Positions 57,201-64,000 of a DNA stretch of 64,000 nt are shown here, one piece after another. The stretch's first letter is position 1, and each line of letters begins with the position of its first letter. The translations under genes were made by a program, and so were the position numbers. The notes under the pieces were generated by a model. It was given only the letters and a program-made list of their open reading frames with translations, did no database searches and was not told the origin of the DNA. The DNA is from Azolla caroliniana. Lineage: Eukaryota > Plantae > Polypodiophyta. The DNA is taken from NCBI GenBank assembly GCA_043228905.1, contig JBHGNT010000013.1:13144001-13208000 (forward strand), written 5' to 3'.

Positions 57201-58873
57201 TACAATTGGATTGAGACACCTTGGATCAAAGTCCATTCATATGAAGGTTTGTGACTCTTCAATTAGCTATGATATTTCATAGCTATGTGAATGATAAGAG
57301 ATTCTTCAAACAATCATGACTTGTCATCATTAATACATGTATGATTCTTCAAGTGCTTGCATGCGTTTTTGCGTATAAACTCATGAAATTGTCATTTGTG
57401 TTTATTTATTTATCACTTGGAGACATGCCCTTCTTTTACTACTCTAGCACCATAGACACATGAAGGGAATTTCCCTATAATTCTCGAGGACTATGTATAT
57501 GCATTCACAATGGTAAAGTAGCTACGTCGGTGTAAAACACAAATCTATGACTGAACTATGTCGGTAGATCTATTATCCAAATTAATATCATTGTTTTATA
57601 ATTAATGTCATGCCCAATTCAATCTTAACACCAAATTAAAAAATCTAACACGACAAAAACTTTTGAGAGACGTCTTCAATATGTATAATTTTTTAAGGAG
57701 GACGATTTTATAAGAAAATATACTAAGAAGATAAGTACGTGATTATAAAGGTTTAGAAACCAATTCACGACCCTTATAAAAAGACGATCTTTAATGCTAG
57801 AAACGAGATAAAGGGTGTGAGTATCATGAAGCCAAAGTTCAATGTACAATCAACTTGATTTATTGTGATGGTCATAAAGAGGTCCATGTAATTCACTAAG
57901 AATCCCACGGACACCACACCTACGCAACGTGTGATTTAAACTTTCAAGCATTTAAAGAATGAGAAAGGCAACACCATACACGTTTTAACCGATAGTAAAA
58001 CTCCCACGTGTTTGGTCATATGCCCTAACTTTCATATACATATATAAACTATTTACAATAATCACATAGCTACTATCACGGCCATAAAGGAGCTTACATC
58101 AATTGCCCATAACAAAGAAAAGGAATGCCATTTTATTTTTCAAGTACTTCGCGTGTTGCCTTTATTTTTGGAAAAACAAGTTTGAGAGGCTAGATGGCAT
58201 ACATAAAATCAAGGTTTCTTTCACTAAAATTCCTCTACTACTAAGTATTATGTACATTGGGGCAACTTCTCTTTTACTTTATTGGGTGAAAATTGGCTGA
58301 GCTTCTTTTGTGTGATGTTTTTTTCTTTATTGAAATGAATCAGTATCTATGGTCAAATGTCAAGGTTCACTTATATTCATCACCCTTCATCTTTATAATC
58401 TCTATGTGAGTCTCATGATAGGTATCTTAATATACAAAACAATCATATTATTAGTGATGGCTATATATGATTACTTAACAGTATATATATACGATTTTTT
58501 TTGTTAGTATGAAGTACCGTATGAATAATAACTACATTATCGAGGAAAATCCAACGTGATTGGGAAAATGTCCTTAACCTATGTCTTCCGTCACTACTTT
58601 AAGCCACACTAATTGCATCCCATTTGAGAGAGTTGTGGTATGTCATGATTAAAAATCCCAAAACTAATTGATGTATGATGAGAAAAAGTTCATTTTCATA
58701 TGCTTCAAAATAAATTTTATTGAGACCACTATGAGGGGTAAGGTGACACTCAAGAAGATTTGTGAACAAACAAATAAAGTATTATGGGGAGCAAGTAAAG
58801 AGTCAAGAAACTGACAAAATTGAAAAAACTATGAATATATGATGAAAACTCTCACAAATTTCACCTATTGCAG

Positions 58874-59028
58874 TGTTAGAGATTACTTGGTACTGGCGTG
58901 CTCTTGCTACAAGAGTTTGTTCACCACAACATCACAATCTCAACGTAGTCGAATAATGTGACTAATGAGGGTAGCTAGGCCTCATATTTATAGCTAGACT
59001 AAAGGTCCCCATGCAAGTTCACACTTGG
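58874..59028. mobile_element. LTR fragment of the same family as the solo LTR at 11598-12053, interrupted by the second gypsy element
   Basis: Starts TGTTAGAG; shares cttgctacaagagtttgttcaccac...gctaggcctcatatttatagc...caagttcacacttg. Confidence 0.8.
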
Positions 59029-62000
59029 TGTCATGAACATCGACTCGAATTTGAGCCTTAGGTCTTTGTATATATATATATTTCTCAATAAAAACTTTAG
59101 ACTTTAAACCTTTGTATAAAGAATGGTATGTAAGACTTGGCATGAGCTTGCTTATCATGCATCACTACATGTATAAAAAGGGTTGATCTCCCTTGTTAAC
59201 ATCAAGGAGATCAACACTAGTCATGGAATAGATATTCTTACTCATTGTTATCAATTTCTCCATCTCTTTATCTCATCAAACTTCCCCATCTCTTTATCTT
59301 CCAATTGTTCATCCATGACAGATTGATCTCCTTCCTTCTTTTTCTTCTTTCTCAATACACTATCATGTTAGAATCGTCTAGCAACATTGAGCAAATTTTG
59401 GCGGTCTTGCAACAACTCCAACATGAGAATGCGAACTTGCAAAACTCTGTTCAAGAACTTCAGGCAGGCACAATGGTTATGCCTCACTCGATTGTTGACC
59501 CTTTTGTTGTAGAACTAGATTTCTAGACAAATTTGATGGAACAAGGTCACGGTCAAGAGGCTTCATCAACCAAATCCGCCTTATTATTCGTCTTCAACCT
59601 CGACGATATTCTGATGGCTTTCGACAAGTTGGGCTCATCGGCACGTTGTTGACAGGACAAGCGCAAGCCTGGTTTGCCCCTTTGATGGAGACCTCTTCGC
59701 CTCTCTTGAATGACTTCCAAGCATTTCTTACCGAATTTGAGGCAACTTTCGGGGAGACCGACAAAGGACAAGCCGCACTCAACAAACTATATGTGTTACA
59801 ACAAGGAGAACGTGCGGCATCAATCTATGCATCTGAATTTCGTCAACTCGCATGTGATGTTGAATGGGACAGACAAGCCCTCCTCGATCAATTCTGTGGA
59901 GGATTACGAGGTGAGATAAAAAATCTTTTGCTTAACTTTCATGAGCCCACATCTTTGAACGATGCTATTTCCCAAGTTGTGCATTGTGATAACTGTCTCT
60001 TTGAGTTCTGGCAAGAGGAACGTCATCACCGGATCCATTCACCTTGGCCAGCTGCTACATGAAGTCACTTACCATGGTCGACGACCCCGCCTCCCATGTC
60101 ATCCTCCACTTCATCCTCAACTCTTGCCATGGATTCTAGCTCCCCAATGGAGATCGATCGAATTCGCTATTGACCATTGACTAACGCGCAACGAAAATAT
60201 CAATGGGCCAACAATTTATGTTTCTATTGTGGCGGCCCCGACCATTTGATTCGCTCTTGACCAAAAAAGGAACCTCGTCAAACACCACATCGTGTGGATG
60301 GGGTTGACATTTTCTGCCAACAGGAAAATTCCAACGTCCAATTGTAGTAGGGGTTGTGCATCTGGACCACAAGAGTCGACAATTGTGTTAAGGGCCCAAT
60401 CGACCAACTTCCTCGACAACAAGCTTCACGCTTCCGATCACTCTTCAGTTTGGCTCTACCACTTTGAAAATAAAAGCTTTGTTGGATTCTGGGACTACAT
60501 CGTGCTTTATTAACATCATGTTTGCACGGACACACAACATTCCAAGCAACAAAATAATTGTCCCGATTCCAGTTGAAGTGATCGATGGTCGAACACTCTT
60601 CTGGTGCAATTAGAGATACAACAATTCCCTTGAGTCTCCACATAGGAGCCCACCAGGAAGAAATCATTCTTAACCTCATCACATCACCTCGACATCCTAT
60701 CATGTTGGGGTTATTATGGCTCGACACTCACAATCCAATCGTGAATTGGAGATCTCGCTCCATCAACTTCACCTCGAATTCTCGCCCACAAGGGATTACT
60801 TCCACTCTTCTTCGAGCAAATGCTCTGCCATTTGTTTGGCCGCCTACTCTTGTGAGGACCGTGTCAATGGTTGATGCCACTTATGTTTCAGGGACAACTC
60901 ATGTTTCTGCTCCGGTGAGGACCGCGTCAATGGTTTCTCCCACTCATGTTTTGGGGGCAAGTCCCATTTCTGCTCCAATGAGAACCACATTAGCGGTCAC
61001 TCCCATTTCCTCTTCAGTAAGAACCATGTCAACGGTTGCTCCAATAAAAACAACATCGATAGTTACTCCCGCGTTGGCCTCGGAAACAATTTCCACTCTT
61101 GCTTGGGTAAGTGATACACTGTTGATTGCATCCATTTCTAATTCTAAGGACATGGAGGTCGTGTCCACTCTAGACACTACCCTATGTACTAGCTCTTTTC
61201 CATCAAAATACAATGATTTCTCTAATGTATTTGAGAAGAAAAATGTTGATCGCCTGCCTGAACATCGCCCATACGATTGTCCAATTGATTTGAAAGATGA
61301 TGTTTGTCCTCCTTTTGGCCCTATCTATGGGTTATCTAAACTTGAACTCAAGGCCCTCAAAATATACATTGAAGAGAATATCGCAAAGGGATTCATTCGC
61401 CACTCAAAATCTCTAGCTGGCTCACCTATTCTATCTGTCAAAAAGAAAGATGGAACATTACGCCTATGTATCGATTATCGCGGGCTCAATCGAGTCACCG
61501 TTCGAAATCGCTATCCACTACCTCTAATCCCCGAAGTTCTTGACCGACTTGGGCATTTTGAATACATGGTAATGCCATTTGGTCTCACAAATGCTCCTGC
61601 CATTTTTCAACATATGATGAATGACATCTTCCAAGAATATATGGACCAATTTGTGGTCATCTATCTCGACGACATACTTATCTTCTCACAAGACTACATA
61701 GAGCACACCAAGCATGTCCAACTTATCCTGTCCAAACTTCGGGAACATGGACTTTATGCAACACCCGAGAAGTGTGAGTTTGATCAACCCTTAGTGGAAT
61801 TCCTCAGGTATGTCATTTCATCTGATGGTCTCACTATGGACAAGAAGAAAGTCGCAATGGTTCAAGAGTGGGAAGTCCCCACCAAGGTCAAGGATGTGCA
61901 ATCATTTTTGGGTTTTGCCAACTTCTATCATCGATTCATTCAAGGATTCTCTACATTGGCGCGACCACTTATAACACTTAGTCGGAAGAATTCCCCTTTT

Positions 62001-64000
62001 TGATGGACTCCTACAACCCAACTAACATTCGAGACACTAAAGAAAGCTTTTACCTCGGCTCCAGTACTTCTACACCCAGACCTGACCAAACCATTTACGA
62101 TCGAAACTAATGCCTCTAACTTCGCCATCGGTGCCATTCTCTCTGAATCAGATAACAATGGGATTCTTCATCTTGTTGCCTTTTCTCAGAAGTTCACACC
62201 CCCCGAGATCAACTACCTAGTTTATGACAAAGAACTCTCTGCCATTATTGCTGCCTTTGAAGAATGGAGTCCTTATTGGCGAGCCCCCAACACCGTGTCC
62301 AGGTGGTGACTGATCACAAGAACCTCATCTACTTCACCACTACACGCATTTTGAACCGGAGGCAAGTGCGATGGTCGACCTTCCTAGCTGATTATGACTT
62401 TGAAATTGTTTTTTGTTCTTGTGCCCAACATGGTAAAGTCGATGCCCTATCTCGACGTTCGGAATTCGAAATCTGACCAGGAGATGCGACCTACAATCAA
62501 CAATCACGTTGTCTCCTACATCCACATCAGATTCAACTCTTTGCAGCTTATATGGGCGCAGATGAATCATTACTCAATGCAATAGCCATAGATACTACGA
62601 CCGACAAATTTGCAAAAGAGATTAAGGAGAATCGAGTCAACAACTCAACCATGAAGGAAATACAGAATATTCATGAACAATTTATGTTTCGGGATGGTTT
62701 TCTTTTCCGGAACAACGTAATGTATGTCCCAGATGGTCCTTGTCGTATCCGTATCGTGAAGGAATGCCATGATGATGCCCTAGATGGACATTTTGGCGTT
62801 GCAAAAATGTTGGAGTTAATCTCTAGAAGTTATTGGTGGCCGCAACCTTGGAAACTTGTTAAAGAATTCGTGAAAACATGTGCCTGCGCCAAAGCAGTAC
62901 ATCATCGTCCCTTTTGTCTACTTCAACCTCTACCAATTCCAAGTAGGCCATGGGCCTCCATCTCGACGGATTTTATTAGCGACCTTCCCGACATTGAGGG
63001 ATTCAGTTTAGTATTGGTGGTGGTTGACATATTCACAAAGATGGCGCATTTTATTCCATGTTCTAAAGCAATTTCAAGGATGGAAACAACATATCTATTG
63101 TTAACAAATATTGTGGACCTTCACGATTTACCGGATGACATTATCTCTGATCGCGGTCCCCAATTTATGTCTCATTTCTGGAAATGCCTCTTCTAGACTC
63201 TTAGAATTTCCACAAAATTTCTGACAACCTTTCATCCTGAGACAGACGACCAAACAGAACGAGTAAATCAGATCCTAGAGCAATATCTCCGATGTATGAT
63301 AAGTTATCACCAAGATGATTGGATCAAATTTCTTCCAATGGCCGAGTTCGCCTACAATGTTAGTCTCCACACATCAACTAGCGTAACACCATTTCTCGCA
63401 AATTATGGGTTCCACCCACGCTTTAGCATAGCTATCACTACTGGTTCTATGAATCCATCTGCTGAAGAACGAGCTCGTCTGATGAAAGAAGTGCATCATG
63501 AACTATCCCTAGAACGAGCTCTTCTAGACTCTTGGAACTTCCACAAAATTTCTGACAACCTTTCATCCTGAGACAGACGGCCAAACAGAACGAGTAAATC
63601 AGATCCTAGAGCAATATCTCCGATGTATGATAAGTTATCACCAAGATGACTGGATCAAATTTCTTCCAATGGCCGAGTTCGCCTACAACAATACTCTCCA
63701 CACATCAACTAGCGTAACACCATTTCTCGCAAATTATGGGTTCCACCCACGCTTTAGCATAGCTATCACTACTGGTTCTATGAATCCAGCTGCTGAAGAA
63801 CGAGCTCGTCTGATGAAAGAAGTGCATCATGAACTATCCCTAGAACTCTCCATTGTCCAGGAACGACACAAAGAGAAGGTTGATCGACATTGGCAGGCTG
63901 CACCTGGTTTTAAAGTTGGAGACATGGTCTTGCTATTATGTCAGCATATTCCGACAACTCGCCCATGCAACAAACTTGATTACAAAAAGTTGGGTTCATT
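59029..64000 (+). mobile_element. Second, degenerate Ty3/gypsy element related to the Tcn1-like chromovirus; 5' LTR 59029-59320; runs off the window
   Basis: LTR TGTCATG...CATGACA; gag homologous to the first element (VGLIGTLLTG.A.AWFAPL.ET.SPLLN); VDSG protease, YLDD RT, RNase H and integrase, with stops and frameshifts. No chromodomain is visible within the window. Confidence 0.93.
63188..63846 (+). repeat. ~331-bp tandem duplication inside the integrase region
   Basis: 63188-63515 is repeated at 63519-63846 with few substitutions. Confidence 0.92.

Overview
Eukaryotic land-plant nuclear DNA. A non-seed plant such as a fern is an inference from the Tcn1-like chromoviruses, the RTEX-like LINEs and the ACT-type phosphorylase. 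Five spliced genes were reconstructed by hand: a mitochondrial ribosomal protein mS23-like gene (minus, 3' end unresolved), a 22-exon plastid-type alpha-glucan phosphorylase with an N-terminal ACT-like domain (minus), RPS18 (plus), actin (plus) and a cytosolic alkaline/neutral invertase (minus). The intervals 28-48 kb and 59-64 kb are nested transposon DNA: hAT-type MITEs, copia remnants, a solo LTR, L1 and RTEX-like LINE fragments, and two Ty3/gypsy elements (one full-length chromovirus, one related element cut by the window edge). The strongest unexpected signal is that both gypsy elements lack a tRNA primer-binding site. Each instead carries an 11-12 nt PBS perfectly complementary to its own predicted transcript 5' end, with different sequences but identical geometry (Tf1-like self-priming). 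Both also share a candidate -1 frameshift stem-loop. A 5'-truncated LINE is flanked by a ~121-bp direct repeat that looks like a giant target-site duplication.
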